Shown: positions 1-8,683 of the stretch, piece by piece
Numbering within the stretch: the first letter of the stretch is position 1
How the letters are laid out: each line of letters starts with the position of its first letter
Virus record (IMG/VR): IMGVR_UViG_3300044267_005327
Location: 1 to 34,507 of that record
Source of the DNA: a virus
Taxonomy: Duplodnaviria > Caudoviricetes
Length of the DNA: 34,507 bases
Reading direction: 5' to 3' (one strand)
Made by a program: the position numbers and the translations under genes
The notes under the pieces: generated by a model
Databases searched by the model: none
Told to the model about the DNA's origin: nothing
The model's input: the letters and a program-made list of their open reading frames with translations, nothing else

Positions 1-42
1 GGACCCCCCTTAAGGCCCCAGATATCCAAAGAAACTGGCGTT

Positions 43-486
43 TCACCCTTCCACATCGTTGCCACCGACCACCTTTAAGACCGGCGAAGACTCCGACGAA
101 AGCGAGCGCACAGCCTCTAGATGCTCCCTATTAACGTCTGTTACGCGTATGTCCTGCTGCAGCTTATCCCCGTAATAACTCGGTGCCATTCGAGACGCTG
201 ACCACTTTAGCAAGTCTCCGGCAACCCGACCGATGTTTGGGTCAATCTTTCCAGCCAGCACACCCATCGCGATGTCACTAACCTGTTCGCCGTATCGGTC
301 ACCCCGCATCGAGCGGGCATCGTCATATGCCTGTTTAAAATCAGGGTCAGCTCGAAGCCATCTCTGAACCGACGTCATTGTCGGCATGTCTTCTTGTCGG
401 CAAATCGACCGCATCGATTTTCCGCTCGCTACCTGCTGGCATATCTTCTCCAACAACTGCGAACTCTTTTTCGGTTTCGCTGGCAT
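43..486 (-). CDS. terS: Terminase small subunit (Sf6/P22-like)
   Basis: N-terminal HTH 'ICQQVASGKSMRSICRQEDMPTMTSVQRWL...FKQAYDDAR' and C-terminal 'KWSASRMAPSYYGDK'; precedes terL on the circular map. Confidence 0.85.
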   Translation of the reverse strand: MPAKPKKSSQLLEKICQQVASGKSMRSICRQEDMPTMTSVQRWLRADPDFKQAYDDARSMRGDRYGEQVSDIAMGVLAGKIDPNIGRVAGDLLKWSASRMAPSYYGDKLQQDIRVTDVNREHLEAVRSLSSESSPVLKVVGGNDVEG

Positions 487-1693
487 TTTCCAATACTGCT
501 TTTTGCCCGGTGAATTCTTCCCAACGCTTAACGATTACATCCGAATACTTCGGGTCCAGTTCCATCAAGCGTGCGCTGCGTCCAGCTTTCTCGGCAGCGA
601 TTAGCGTGCTTCCCGACCCACCAAACAAGTCGAGAACAATATCTCCAGCATTTGAGCTATTCTTTATCGCCCGCTCACACAATTCGACTGGCTTTGTCGT
701 CGGATGCAACTCGCTCCGCTTTGGTCTGTCTATTTGCCAAACGTCAGACTGCTTTCGATCCTCGACATTCACCAACCGACTAGCCGACGCATTCCATCCA
801 TACCAAATCGGCTCGTATTGCGTATGATAGTCTTTCCGCGACAAAACGAGCGTGTCTTTGGCCCAAATCACCGTCGATGACCAATGAAACCCTGCCTCGC
901 GCAACGTACCGTCAACAACAGGCCATTCTTGTGCCGACATCACCATATAGATTGGCGCGCCAGGCTTCGTCGCCTCAAATAAACTCCCACAAAACCCCTG
1001 ACAAAACTCTAACCACTCGTCGTCAGACTTGTGATCGTTTAGTATTTTGCGAACCTTATATCCCTGGGCATTGCCCTCTTTAATCGCCCCGTAATTGACA
1101 TTCCACGGCGGATCAGTAAACACCATATCCGCCTGAGAGCCTCTCAGAAGCTCACACAGCGCCGTTGACTCAGTAGAGTCCCCCACCACCAAGCGATGCC
1201 TCCCAAGCGCCCAGACGTCCCCTAAACGGCTTGTAGGCTCTTCCGGTAGGTCAGGCACCGCATCATCATCGGTCAAACCTTCATCAACCGCACTGGCTTC
1301 GGCCAGCATGGCGTCAATTTCGGCTTCCTCAAATCCGGTGAGCGACACATCAAAGCCGTCAGCAAGTAAATCTTCAAACTCGAGCGCCAGCATTTCAGCG
1401 TCCCAGCCGGCGCTTAACGCGAGACGGTTGTCTGCAATAACATACGCACGCTTCTGTGCGTCACTTAATCCCTCAAGAACGATTGCCGGGACTTCGCCCA
1501 TGCCCATTCGCTGCGCAGCTTGCAACCTGCCGTGGCCAGCAATGATTTGACGCTCTTCGTCAACCAAGAGCGGGTTTGTCCAACCAAACTCTTTAATGCT
1601 CGCCGCAATCTGTGACACTTGTTCATCAGAGTGCGTGCGACTGTTTCTCGCATACGGTATCAGCGCGTTGACGCTAATATTTTCAATTTTCAT
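347..1693 (-). CDS. ParB-like N-terminal domain + N6/N4 DNA methyltransferase
   Basis: ParB-like 'PYARNSRTHS...IIAGHGRL', catalytic DPPW, 'HPTTKP' and SAM-binding 'LDLFGGSGST'. ATG at 1693 preferred over TTG at 1708. Confidence 0.92.
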   Translation of the reverse strand: MKIENISVNALIPYARNSRTHSDEQVSQIAASIKEFGWTNPLLVDEERQIIAGHGRLQAAQRMGMGEVPAIVLEGLSDAQKRAYVIADNRLALSAGWDAEMLALEFEDLLADGFDVSLTGFEEAEIDAMLAEASAVDEGLTDDDAVPDLPEEPTSRLGDVWALGRHRLVVGDSTESTALCELLRGSQADMVFTDPPWNVNYGAIKEGNAQGYKVRKILNDHKSDDEWLEFCQGFCGSLFEATKPGAPIYMVMSAQEWPVVDGTLREAGFHWSSTVIWAKDTLVLSRKDYHTQYEPIWYGWNASASRLVNVEDRKQSDVWQIDRPKRSELHPTTKPVELCERAIKNSSNAGDIVLDLFGGSGSTLIAAEKAGRSARLMELDPKYSDVIVKRWEEFTGQKAVLENASETEKEFAVVGEDMPAGSERKIDAVDLPTRRHADNDVGSEMASS

Positions 1694-1710
1694 GGGTATC
1701 GCCTGCAAAG

Positions 1711-1748
1711 CGTAATTGAAAATTACTGTTTTTCACGTGAACTGTCAA
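1711..1748 (-). promoter_or_regulatory. Sigma70-like promoter overlapped by a 17-bp operator
   Basis: Minus strand TTGACA (1748-1743), 17 nt, TAATTT (1725-1720). CGTAATTGAAAATTACT at 1711-1727 matches the operator consensus. Confidence 0.65.
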
Positions 1749-2278
1749 CATGTATCCACATGTGTCCACATGTCCGCCAATGACCGCTGCCATCTGCGCT
1801 TAATCGTTTGCGGATGCCGCCCAGTCATCTTCGCCAGCAGTTGCCATCGCGGTCCTCGATCCCGCACACACTTGTTCGCAAAATCGACAGCGCTATTCGC
1901 CACCAACCACAGATGCTTCGCCGCTTCCGCATCGAGGCATCGCAATCCCTCACCAACCAAATCGTAACGCGTAACTTCTTCGCTTGTGGCACCGCCCCAG
2001 CGCAATTCTACATCGCCATAGCCGTAGCCCATTTTATCCGGTGGAATGTCAGGCCAAAATCCCCTAACTCCGAGCCGGTACGCTGGCGGCAACTTTCTGT
2101 CAGTCACCGCAGCCTCAATTATCAAGCGTCCGAGTCCATCGACACTTCCGGCATGCCGACGAAGCTCTTCTCCTTTAGTGCGGATGCCCGCGCCACCACG
2201 TGAAGTCTGGATCAACTTTTTTCGCCCTCGTAATTTGATACATAAAGATCGAACCTTTTTTTGTCCGTTCGTAGACAC
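1745..2278 (-). CDS. DUF6362-like putative late transcription regulator with C-terminal HTH (start uncertain)
   Basis: 'EAAVTDRKLPP...WPD' and 'PRWQLLAKMTGRHPQTIKRRW'; sits in the Q-like position before the packaging operon. Confidence 0.6.
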   Translation of the reverse strand: MSTNGQKKVRSLCIKLRGRKKLIQTSRGGAGIRTKGEELRRHAGSVDGLGRLIIEAAVTDRKLPPAYRLGVRGFWPDIPPDKMGYGYGDVELRWGGATSEEVTRYDLVGEGLRCLDAEAAKHLWLVANSAVDFANKCVRDRGPRWQLLAKMTGRHPQTIKRRWQRSLADMWTHVDTC

Positions 2279-2450
2279 GCTGGGTCAAAATCCCCAACCC
2301 ACGTTTTGCATAAAACTGAGCCGCTCTCATTTTCTGGAACGCAGCACTTTTTTCGTCCCTGCTCATCCTAGCGATGTCACAAGAGTAATTGCCGACATAA
2401 TAAACCAGCGTATCGCCGGGCATCGCTTTCTGCATAAATTCCTCAATCAT
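2175..2450 (-). CDS. Hypothetical phage protein
   Basis: ATG at 2450 with GGAGG RBS at 2455-2459; MIEEFMQKAMPGDTLVYY... Confidence 0.7.
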   Translation of the reverse strand: MIEEFMQKAMPGDTLVYYVGNYSCDIARMSRDEKSAAFQKMRAAQFYAKRGLGILTQRVYERTKKGSIFMYQITRAKKVDPDFTWWRGHPH

Positions 2451-2477
2451 AAAACCTCCATTTCGAACCCATGCGTT

Positions 2478-2574
2478 GCCGAAACCGCATTTCTTAAGAA
2501 AAATGCGGCTTTTTCGGCTTAGAACCGCATTTGCCGCAAAAGCCGAAATTCGGCTTTTTCGGCTTTTTCGGCTT
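2478..2574. repeat. Nested inverted and direct repeats, candidate replication origin
   Basis: GCCGAAA-CCGCATTT...AAATGCGG-CT-TTTTCGGC inverted repeat, AGCCGAA-A-TTCGGCT palindrome and tandem TTCGGCTT(T) x3, directly downstream of the primase-helicase gene. Confidence 0.55.
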
Positions 2575-2578
2575 ACCC

Positions 2579-4393
2579 TCAATCACTGCCAATCACCCAT
2601 ACAAAATCGTCGTAATGGCCGACGAATTCGGACTCTAAAAGACCCTCAAATGCTCGTACAAAAGCGGTCGATTTATGTCGACTCTCGCCGGCCATCATGG
2701 GGTATGCATATCGCTGCCAAGCCTCAACGGAGACGCCTCGCACAAATGGATGTTCCGGTCCCGACCGACCTTCGCCGATATCGGTGACTGCTTTCATTAA
2801 GGCTTTAAAAATGACCTTTTGATTTTTGCCGCTTGGTCGCCGCGCTCGTTTACGCATGGCGACGTCGGATGGAACAACGACGCAAGATGTGACGGGCTTG
2901 CCGCGCAAGTTTGTGCCGATCTCGAGCGTCTCAAGTCCGAAGCCAAACTCGCCAGCGACCTCTAGCTCTCGCTGTTTGGTCACCGATGCCACGCTGCCGT
3001 CGAGGCCCACCGCAATTTCGATTTCTGTGTCGGTTGCCGCTCGCAGCGAACTATGACCTCGCGCCCCCGCAGCGAGGTCTTTCCCGGTGTGATGTACCAA
3101 CATCAGATGTGCGTCACACGCCTGTCGCACCTTGTCGCAGTTGGCAATCAGCGCGCCCATATCTTCCGATGAATTCTCGTTTCCGCCACTCATTACACGG
3201 GCGAGAGTGTCGAGTACCACCATCGATATCCCGCCAAACTGCTGCGCTTTTACTTTTATGGTGTTAACGAGACGCTGGACTGCCGCGTCGTCGTTCAAAA
3301 GGTTGACCGTTGTCGGTATAACCGTAAGTGGAACTTTCCCTGACAAGCCATAATGATTACGAAACGCAACGATGCGGTTACGAATGCCGTACGAGCCTTC
3401 GGCGGCGACATAAAGAACCCCGCCCTGGTTCACATCGCGGTCTCGCCAGCGCCAACCCAGCGCCACGTGAAGGGCCAGGTCGGTGGCAAAAAAGGTCTTA
3501 CCAGAGTTTGACGGACCATACAAAACGCTCATTTGCCCAGCCGTCAGGAAATCCTCAACAAAATCGTCGGCAACTGTGACTGCCGCCATTCCATCGGCAT
3601 CAATCGTTGGATAAACGTCGCTGGGGTCGAAATCGACGTCTTCTTCTTCCCGCAGCACAGGAAAGCCGCGCAGCCGCTGCATTAGTCCATCGGCGTTGTT
3701 TGTCTCAAGCCAGTCGGACATATCGCCTTGTGGCGGTAGCTCGCGGCAGATATCGCAATAACGCACTTCAGCGGCGACGGGCAGCATCGCCTTGGCGAAA
3801 TTCCGAGCCTGTTTATGGCCCGCCTTATCGTTGTCTGGAATAAAAAAGACCTTTTTATTTGAGAAGAAATCCAGAAATACTTGGTCGTCTACAGCAGTGC
3901 CGGTACTTTTACTTGTGGCCGGAATGCCAGCCGCCAGCATGCTTTCGACGTCTTTCTCGCCTTCCACAAAGCAGATTTCGTCATTTGCCAGCAAAACGTC
4001 GAGGCGATACGGCAACGCTTGTTTGCCGCCCATGCCCTTGACCCATTCGCCGTTGCGCAAGTGGTGCGGTCGAAAGTCTTTAGGCGTGTATCGGTAGACT
4101 TTATATGCAAGCTTGCCATCAGCTTTGCAGTAGGAATACTTGTCAGTGACTATCTGAAACTCGCGTTTGTTAGCGGATGCTTGCTCTTCGCCATTAAGTA
4201 GTTGCATGTCGCTCAACTTCGCTTTTACCTCTTTCCAATCGCAACCTGCGAAGCAATGCACCAATAATCCGTCGTCTGTATCTTTAACGCTAAGTGAGGG
4301 ATTTCGGTCGTCGTGTGCAGGGCATGGCATGATAAAGCCATCGGTTGTCCGCTTGCCGCCGAGCGCCTTTGATATTTTGGCGGCTTGGCTCAT
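2579..4393 (-). CDS. Primase-helicase fusion (Zn finger + TOPRIM + RepA/AAA_25-type helicase)
   Basis: CPAHDD...HCFAGC; 'FVEGEKD' and 'PDNDKAG'; Walker A GPSNSGKT; 'VVLDT'; 'HHTGK...ARGHSSL'. Confidence 0.92.
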   Translation of the reverse strand: MSQAAKISKALGGKRTTDGFIMPCPAHDDRNPSLSVKDTDDGLLVHCFAGCDWKEVKAKLSDMQLLNGEEQASANKREFQIVTDKYSYCKADGKLAYKVYRYTPKDFRPHHLRNGEWVKGMGGKQALPYRLDVLLANDEICFVEGEKDVESMLAAGIPATSKSTGTAVDDQVFLDFFSNKKVFFIPDNDKAGHKQARNFAKAMLPVAAEVRYCDICRELPPQGDMSDWLETNNADGLMQRLRGFPVLREEEDVDFDPSDVYPTIDADGMAAVTVADDFVEDFLTAGQMSVLYGPSNSGKTFFATDLALHVALGWRWRDRDVNQGGVLYVAAEGSYGIRNRIVAFRNHYGLSGKVPLTVIPTTVNLLNDDAAVQRLVNTIKVKAQQFGGISMVVLDTLARVMSGGNENSSEDMGALIANCDKVRQACDAHLMLVHHTGKDLAAGARGHSSLRAATDTEIEIAVGLDGSVASVTKQRELEVAGEFGFGLETLEIGTNLRGKPVTSCVVVPSDVAMRKRARRPSGKNQKVIFKALMKAVTDIGEGRSGPEHPFVRGVSVEAWQRYAYPMMAGESRHKSTAFVRAFEGLLESEFVGHYDDFVWVIGSD

Positions 4394-4776
4394 TTCAGCG
4401 GCGGCAGTCCCATTGGGTTATTTTCGTCAGCCCATTCCTGTTCCATCTTCCGGTCATAATCCGGTCGTATTTCTGTGAGCCGTGCGACGACGCATCTCAG
4501 AAACTCAAGCCATTTACTTTTGGGCAACTGTTTAAGATCGTGACCGTTTTCGAGACTCTTTAGGTACTCGAGACCGGCATCACCCGCCTCTTTTAGCATC
4601 TCATCTTCTACTGGCATCCAATCGGTCATATGCTTCTCCCAATAATCGCGGCAGTTTCGGCAGCAAAACCACCTGTCTTCTCCAGTTCTTCTCGCCAGAC
4701 GGGGAGAAAAACCCCAACCTCGCGCCACTCGAAAGCAACTGCGGCAAACTGATGTGCTACTCTTCGTGAAGCTCAC
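4390..4776 (-). CDS. DUF6511-like Zn-binding protein (start uncertain)
   Basis: CxxC...'ARGWGF'...FCCxxC pattern; stop overlaps the primase start (ATGA). Confidence 0.65.
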   Translation of the reverse strand: MSFTKSSTSVCRSCFRVARGWGFSPRLARRTGEDRWFCCRNCRDYWEKHMTDWMPVEDEMLKEAGDAGLEYLKSLENGHDLKQLPKSKWLEFLRCVVARLTEIRPDYDRKMEQEWADENNPMGLPPLK

Positions 4777-5056
4777 GAACGTAAACCGCTAGGTATTCTG
4801 TCGCTTCATAAAACGCGTCTAACTCGCTGCCGTACTTCACCTTTAGCTTTTTCTGGTTCAGCCGGTTTTGTTTAACGGTTCTAATCTCCGTTTTGTAAAA
4901 CGCGCCAAGCTCCTCGCCGGCCTCTTTCGCTTTGGCAATCAACTCACCTTCTAACTCTTTTAAGTCGGAGATTTGCTTTTTTACTTCCGCGAGTTGATCC
5001 GGCAGCGGAAGGTTGCGGTTTTCGCTTTTGTTGAGCGCAAAAACGTCATTTTCCAT
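4757..5056 (-). CDS. Hypothetical coiled-coil phage protein
   Basis: ATG at 5056 with upstream GGAG; fits the operon tiling. Confidence 0.7.
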   Translation of the reverse strand: MENDVFALNKSENRNLPLPDQLAEVKKQISDLKELEGELIAKAKEAGEELGAFYKTEIRTVKQNRLNQKKLKVKYGSELDAFYEATEYLAVYVRELHEE

Positions 5057-6011
5057 CGTCTGCCCACTCCTGGCCGTTGTTGAGTTTGTAGACGACGGTA
5101 TTGTCTCGGTCGTCCACATATTTAACCTCTCCCGGCACTAGCTCTGGCTTGTAGCGCTGGTCTCCGCAGCCAGCCATCTGGTCCGACATAGACAGCGGTT
5201 TGTCGTGTCGAGTACATCGCCAGCCGCTATCTTCGACCGGATCGGCATGAATGCATGTGCGGCAGTTTCGCTTTGGTGCCTTACCGCCGTGGCAAACCGC
5301 CCGTGACTCGCAGATGCGGCAAAGCCAGTAATCTTTGTTGTCGCTTATGCGTGGCGGGACGACGCGGTCGTAGATAATTCGTCGCGCTCGCTCAACGTAA
5401 ACCAGTGCTTTTTCTTTGTTAAAGTCGGTGCGGCAGGAGTCCCACTCTCTTCCACCCGCCGTGCTAACCACCATCCAGTGGCGCTTGCGCTTTCGGTAGA
5501 GCATGTACGATTGGGCTTGGGCGTAATAGGTCTGGTTCCAGTTTTCGAGCGTGTCCTTTTCGCCGTGCTTTTCTTTTAGCCGCTTGAACTCAGCGAAGAC
5601 TTTGTCGCTGACCGCTTTACATTCTCCAACGTGCCAGGTTTTGGGAGCTTGCAGAAGCCCCAAGACCTCAAAGTCGAGATGCCCACGGTAATGACCATCG
5701 AAGTCGTGAACGGCAATTTGCCTACCAGTGTCGATGTCTCGGTCGATGAGGGTAAGCCCGAGAACCGCTCGCAGCCGATCAATGGTTAAATCCTCGGTGC
5801 GGAAGCCGTCTTCAAACTTTTTAAGGGTTGCGAAGGGAAACGGTAGCACTCCGGCCATGATGAACTGATAGAAGCTTTTACGCTGGCATCCGCCGATCCC
5901 GCTCATGCCGAGATACCCGCGTGCTTGGCGCTCTGCTCCACGCGCCTCCAGCGCTGCGTCAGCCGCCGCCAGCGTCGGGTCTTCCATCGGTCTTTTAATG
6001 TCAATTTTCAT
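5046..6011 (-). CDS. Cas4-like PD-(D/E)XK exonuclease with Cys-rich C-terminus
   Basis: 'GHLDF...VGECK' and 'YYAQAQSYM'; N-terminal Cys plus C-terminal CxxCx5C (Fe-S cluster pattern). Confidence 0.8.
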   Translation of the reverse strand: MKIDIKRPMEDPTLAAADAALEARGAERQARGYLGMSGIGGCQRKSFYQFIMAGVLPFPFATLKKFEDGFRTEDLTIDRLRAVLGLTLIDRDIDTGRQIAVHDFDGHYRGHLDFEVLGLLQAPKTWHVGECKAVSDKVFAEFKRLKEKHGEKDTLENWNQTYYAQAQSYMLYRKRKRHWMVVSTAGGREWDSCRTDFNKEKALVYVERARRIIYDRVVPPRISDNKDYWLCRICESRAVCHGGKAPKRNCRTCIHADPVEDSGWRCTRHDKPLSMSDQMAGCGDQRYKPELVPGEVKYVDDRDNTVVYKLNNGQEWADDGK

Positions 6012-6014
6012 TTT

Positions 6015-6044
6015 AAAAAGGGGGCGGGGCCGAAACCCCGCCCC
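6015..6044 (-). terminator. Intrinsic terminator-like hairpin after the SSB gene
   Basis: Minus strand GGGGCGGGG-TTTCGG-CCCCGCCCC-CTTTTT. Confidence 0.7.
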
Positions 6045-6050
6045 AGTCTC

Positions 6051-6512
6051 CTAGCCCCAAGTCGGTCCATCAACTTGTGGGCTGGGATGTCCCGACGCGG
6101 GTGGTGGCGTGGGTAAACCCGGCGTCGGGACCGGGAGGAACCGGGTCACTTTATTTTTTGCCTTATGTTGAGCGCTTGCTGGCTCAACCACTACGTAACC
6201 GGCAAACCGCTTTCCGATTGCTTGGTCGGTGTCTCCAATTCTGCCGGGAAACCCCATCGCTTTTGAGAAGTCGTCAAATTCGTCTATTGCGCGGTTTTTG
6301 GTTGACGCATTGGGGTGGAAAACATTGAAATAATGCCAGATTGAGCCAGACGCGCCCTCCATCTGGAAGACCGCCATCAGCATCTCGTTGCCAGCTTTTG
6401 ACGTAGTTTTTTCCAGTTGCACAACGACAAGGTTGTACTGGCCTTCCGGTGCGGGCTGGAAATCAGTTGCGGTGCCATCATCCGGTGCGTATTCAATGTT
6501 AAGTGCCACCAT
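6051..6512 (-). CDS. DUF669-like single-stranded DNA-binding protein
   Basis: 'FQPAPEGQY...TSKAGNEML' and a Pro-rich tail ending in PTWG; AGGAG RBS; follows the Sak4-like ATPase. Confidence 0.75.
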   Translation of the reverse strand: MVALNIEYAPDDGTATDFQPAPEGQYNLVVVQLEKTTSKAGNEMLMAVFQMEGASGSIWHYFNVFHPNASTKNRAIDEFDDFSKAMGFPGRIGDTDQAIGKRFAGYVVVEPASAQHKAKNKVTRFLPVPTPGLPTPPPASGHPSPQVDGPTWG

Positions 6513-7284
6513 TTTCTTTCTCCTTTTCAAGTTGCAAATCTTTGATAGCGGACAAAACTGCCTCGCAGGAAAACTCAAGCTCATCGTGGGGGATGGGGTA
6601 GCGTGTTTTCGCTTGGAACGCTGGCCGTTCTGAAATTCTTAAAACGCGCTCACCGCTGCCGACCGCTCTGGTTCGCTTGGCAAAGCCACCATCCACCTTG
6701 ACGTTTGTCGTGCGAAAGTTGGCAAATCCGACAAGGTCAGACGCTTCGATGCAGACGGCAGCAGCATTGCGGTGCAGTTTTATTTGGTACTTATCCCAGC
6801 CGTCAGACTCTGGGTCGTTAAATGACTTAACGACCGAGTGAGCCAAATGAACGATAATCATACGCTTTTGAATTCTTAAGCGCTCGACCCGGCTCAAAAA
6901 TTGCGCCCAATAATCCAGCGCTGCGCCATATCCCTTGCCGTATCCAAAGTCCTCTATCTTATCAAAGTACTTACCTTCGACCCCTAATCGACAGGTATGT
7001 CGCCAAATCAGCCGCTCTAACCAATCGAGCGAGTCAACAACCAGCGTTTTATATTCATGGTCTTCCGCAAGAAGTTCATCCAAAGATGATAAAACTTCAG
7101 TGAAATCTTCCGCGAGAGGAAACCGCGCTGCACCAAGAACGTCAGCGCCATTTTCGGTCTGTAGAAAAATTGGGTTTGGCGCTCCGGCACCAAAGGTCGT
7201 TTTGCCAACACCTGGCGGGCCGTAAATTAAAAGTCGCGGTGGTAAAAAAACCGCTCCCGTCGTAATCCTGTCACTCAGTGCCAC
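6499..7284 (-). CDS. Sak4-like / AAA_24 ATPase (ssDNA-annealing recombinase)
   Basis: 'LIYGPPGVGKTT', 'TLVVDSLDWLE', 'GYGKGY' and 'AKTRY'. Confidence 0.88.
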   Translation of the reverse strand: MALSDRITTGAVFLPPRLLIYGPPGVGKTTFGAGAPNPIFLQTENGADVLGAARFPLAEDFTEVLSSLDELLAEDHEYKTLVVDSLDWLERLIWRHTCRLGVEGKYFDKIEDFGYGKGYGAALDYWAQFLSRVERLRIQKRMIIVHLAHSVVKSFNDPESDGWDKYQIKLHRNAAAVCIEASDLVGFANFRTTNVKVDGGFAKRTRAVGSGERVLRISERPAFQAKTRYPIPHDELEFSCEAVLSAIKDLQLEKEKENGGT

Positions 7285-7591
7285 CTTTTTTCTCCTGTAG
7301 TAGTTTCAAAACTGTCGACTCTTCCATGATGTAGAGACGGCGAGCGCGGTCTTCTCTAACGACCAAAAGGTCTGCGGAGTCTTGATCGAGTGCGGAGTAC
7401 AATTGTTTCCAACCGCTCTTTTTTCGTTTGCACTCGACCCGCAGACCTTCAAGAATGAGGTCTCCCTTGAAGTCTTCTCCGAGCATCTTGTAAGCGCCGG
7501 AAGCGAAAATGCGTCGGCATTCAAAGCCAGCCTCTTGCCAAAATGACCTTGTTTCGGCCTCAAGCTGATAACCCCTTTGTTTGTTGGTCAT
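7271..7591 (-). CDS. Hjc-like Holliday junction resolvase (PD-(D/E)XK)
   Basis: 'KQRGYQLE...SGA...GDL...VECKRKK'. Confidence 0.75.
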   Translation of the reverse strand: MTNKQRGYQLEAETRSFWQEAGFECRRIFASGAYKMLGEDFKGDLILEGLRVECKRKKSGWKQLYSALDQDSADLLVVREDRARRLYIMEESTVLKLLQEKKGGTE

Positions 7592-7796
7592 GCATTCTTC
7601 GCTCTCTCCACGCTCTTTGATGGTCGTCGGCTGTTATTTCGCCCTTTGTGACTTCCATGATTTTCTGGCAGATTTCAGCGGACGGGCGTTTTTTCCCGGT
7701 AGCGTAGTACATAACGCTCACCCGGCTAACGCCGATGCGCTTGCCGAAGTCTGTAAAGGTCATACTGTTTTCGGTGAGGTAATCTCGTAATTTCAT
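7560..7796 (-). CDS. cro: Cro-like HTH regulator
   Basis: 'MKLRDYL...FGKRIGVSRVSV...RPS...TKGEITADD'; divergent from the repressor gene. Confidence 0.85.
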   Translation of the reverse strand: MKLRDYLTENSMTFTDFGKRIGVSRVSVMYYATGKKRPSAEICQKIMEVTKGEITADDHQRAWRERRMHDQQTKGLSA

Positions 7797-7806
7797 GGTT
7801 GCAGTT

Positions 7807-7859
7807 CGTAACTATTAATTACGCCCTTGTCAACGGGGAAAACGTAACGCACAGTTACG
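7807..7859. promoter_or_regulatory. Immunity switch: two 17-bp operators and a leftward -35 box
   Basis: CGTAACTATTAATTACG (7807-7823) and CGTAACGCACAGTTACG (7843-7859), with minus-strand TTGACA at 7833-7828 between them. Confidence 0.8.
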
Positions 7860-7877
7860 TCAATAAAACGGGAGAAA

Positions 7878-8495
7878 ATGGTGGCGAAAAATAATATTAA
7901 AACGCTCGCTGCCGCAGCGGGCTTGACCATTCCAAAGCTTGCAAGTTTGGTTGATATGCAAGCCCCTGCGTTGCGCAGATACACAAGACAAGAAGTCCAG
8001 CCCAACACTAACCTTGCCGAACGCCTTGCAAGGGCGCTGGATTGTTCGATGGAAGAAGTCATTGGGCAAACGCTGACCAAAGCCCCACGCCCAACGGTAC
8101 CATTTGGAAAATTGCCGCTTTACGGTGCTGCTCAAGGCGGTGTGGGTGCCGATATCAGCGATGTTTCGGAGCCTCTCGAGTTTATATCTCCGCCACCGTG
8201 GATAAACGAAAACCGCGAAGCTTACGCCGTGTATGTTGTGGGCGAGTCTATGGAGCCGCGCTACTACAGCGGAGAAATAGTGTTTGCGCAGCCGGGATCG
8301 CCGGCTCGCCCTCATGATTTTGTTGTTGCCCAACTCAGAGATGAGAGCGGCGGATTATTTGCGATTATTAAACAATTGATTAGCGTCGATACCAATACGG
8401 TGGTATTCCGGCAGTTTAATCCAGATGCGACTTTAAGCTACGAAAAGTCGCAAGTTCGACGCATCCATGTAATTCGCGGAAGCCAATCTAGATAA
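7878..8495 (+). CDS. cI: CI-like repressor (XRE HTH + S24 peptidase)
   Basis: N-terminal HTH; S24 catalytic Ser in 'VVGESMEPRY' and Lys in 'AIIKQL'. Confidence 0.9.
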   Translation: MVAKNNIKTLAAAAGLTIPKLASLVDMQAPALRRYTRQEVQPNTNLAERLARALDCSMEEVIGQTLTKAPRPTVPFGKLPLYGAAQGGVGADISDVSEPLEFISPPPWINENREAYAVYVVGESMEPRYYSGEIVFAQPGSPARPHDFVVAQLRDESGGLFAIIKQLISVDTNTVVFRQFNPDATLSYEKSQVRRIHVIRGSQSR

Positions 8496-8499
8496 TAAG

Positions 8500-8537
8500 T
8501 TGACGGTCTTTGTTATATAGCGTAACTGTTAATTACG
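8500..8537 (+). promoter_or_regulatory. Early rightward promoter with operator
   Basis: TTGACG at 8500-8505; operator CGTAACTGTTAATTACG at 8521-8537; GGAGA RBS downstream. Confidence 0.7.
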
Positions 8538-8554
8538 CTTAAACGGAGATTGTT

Positions 8555-8683
8555 ATGATTAAAACGATATTTGAAGCTACGGTTTTCGCTTCAGCGCTCG
8601 CGTTAATGTACATGATGTTGATGGCGGGTTGCGCGATGAGCGATAGATGCAGCGAGGCCCACGGCGTTCACCATGTACGGTAA
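8555..8683 (+). CDS. 42-aa membrane peptide / possible lipoprotein (not in ORF track)
   Basis: MIKTIFEATVFASALALMYMMLMAGCAMSDRCSEAHGVHHVR; GGAGA RBS; hydrophobic stretch ending in MAGC. Confidence 0.65.
   Translation: MIKTIFEATVFASALALMYMMLMAGCAMSDRCSEAHGVHHVR

Noticed and set aside
5046-6011. Cas4-like gene as evidence of a CRISPR-Cas system
   Set aside because: No other cas genes or array; it sits in a Sak4-SSB-nuclease recombination module.
7793-8333. Long shadow ORFs antisense to the repressor (and similar ones across the window)
   Set aside because: No RBS or recognisable motifs, and they overlap well-supported genes on the opposite strand.
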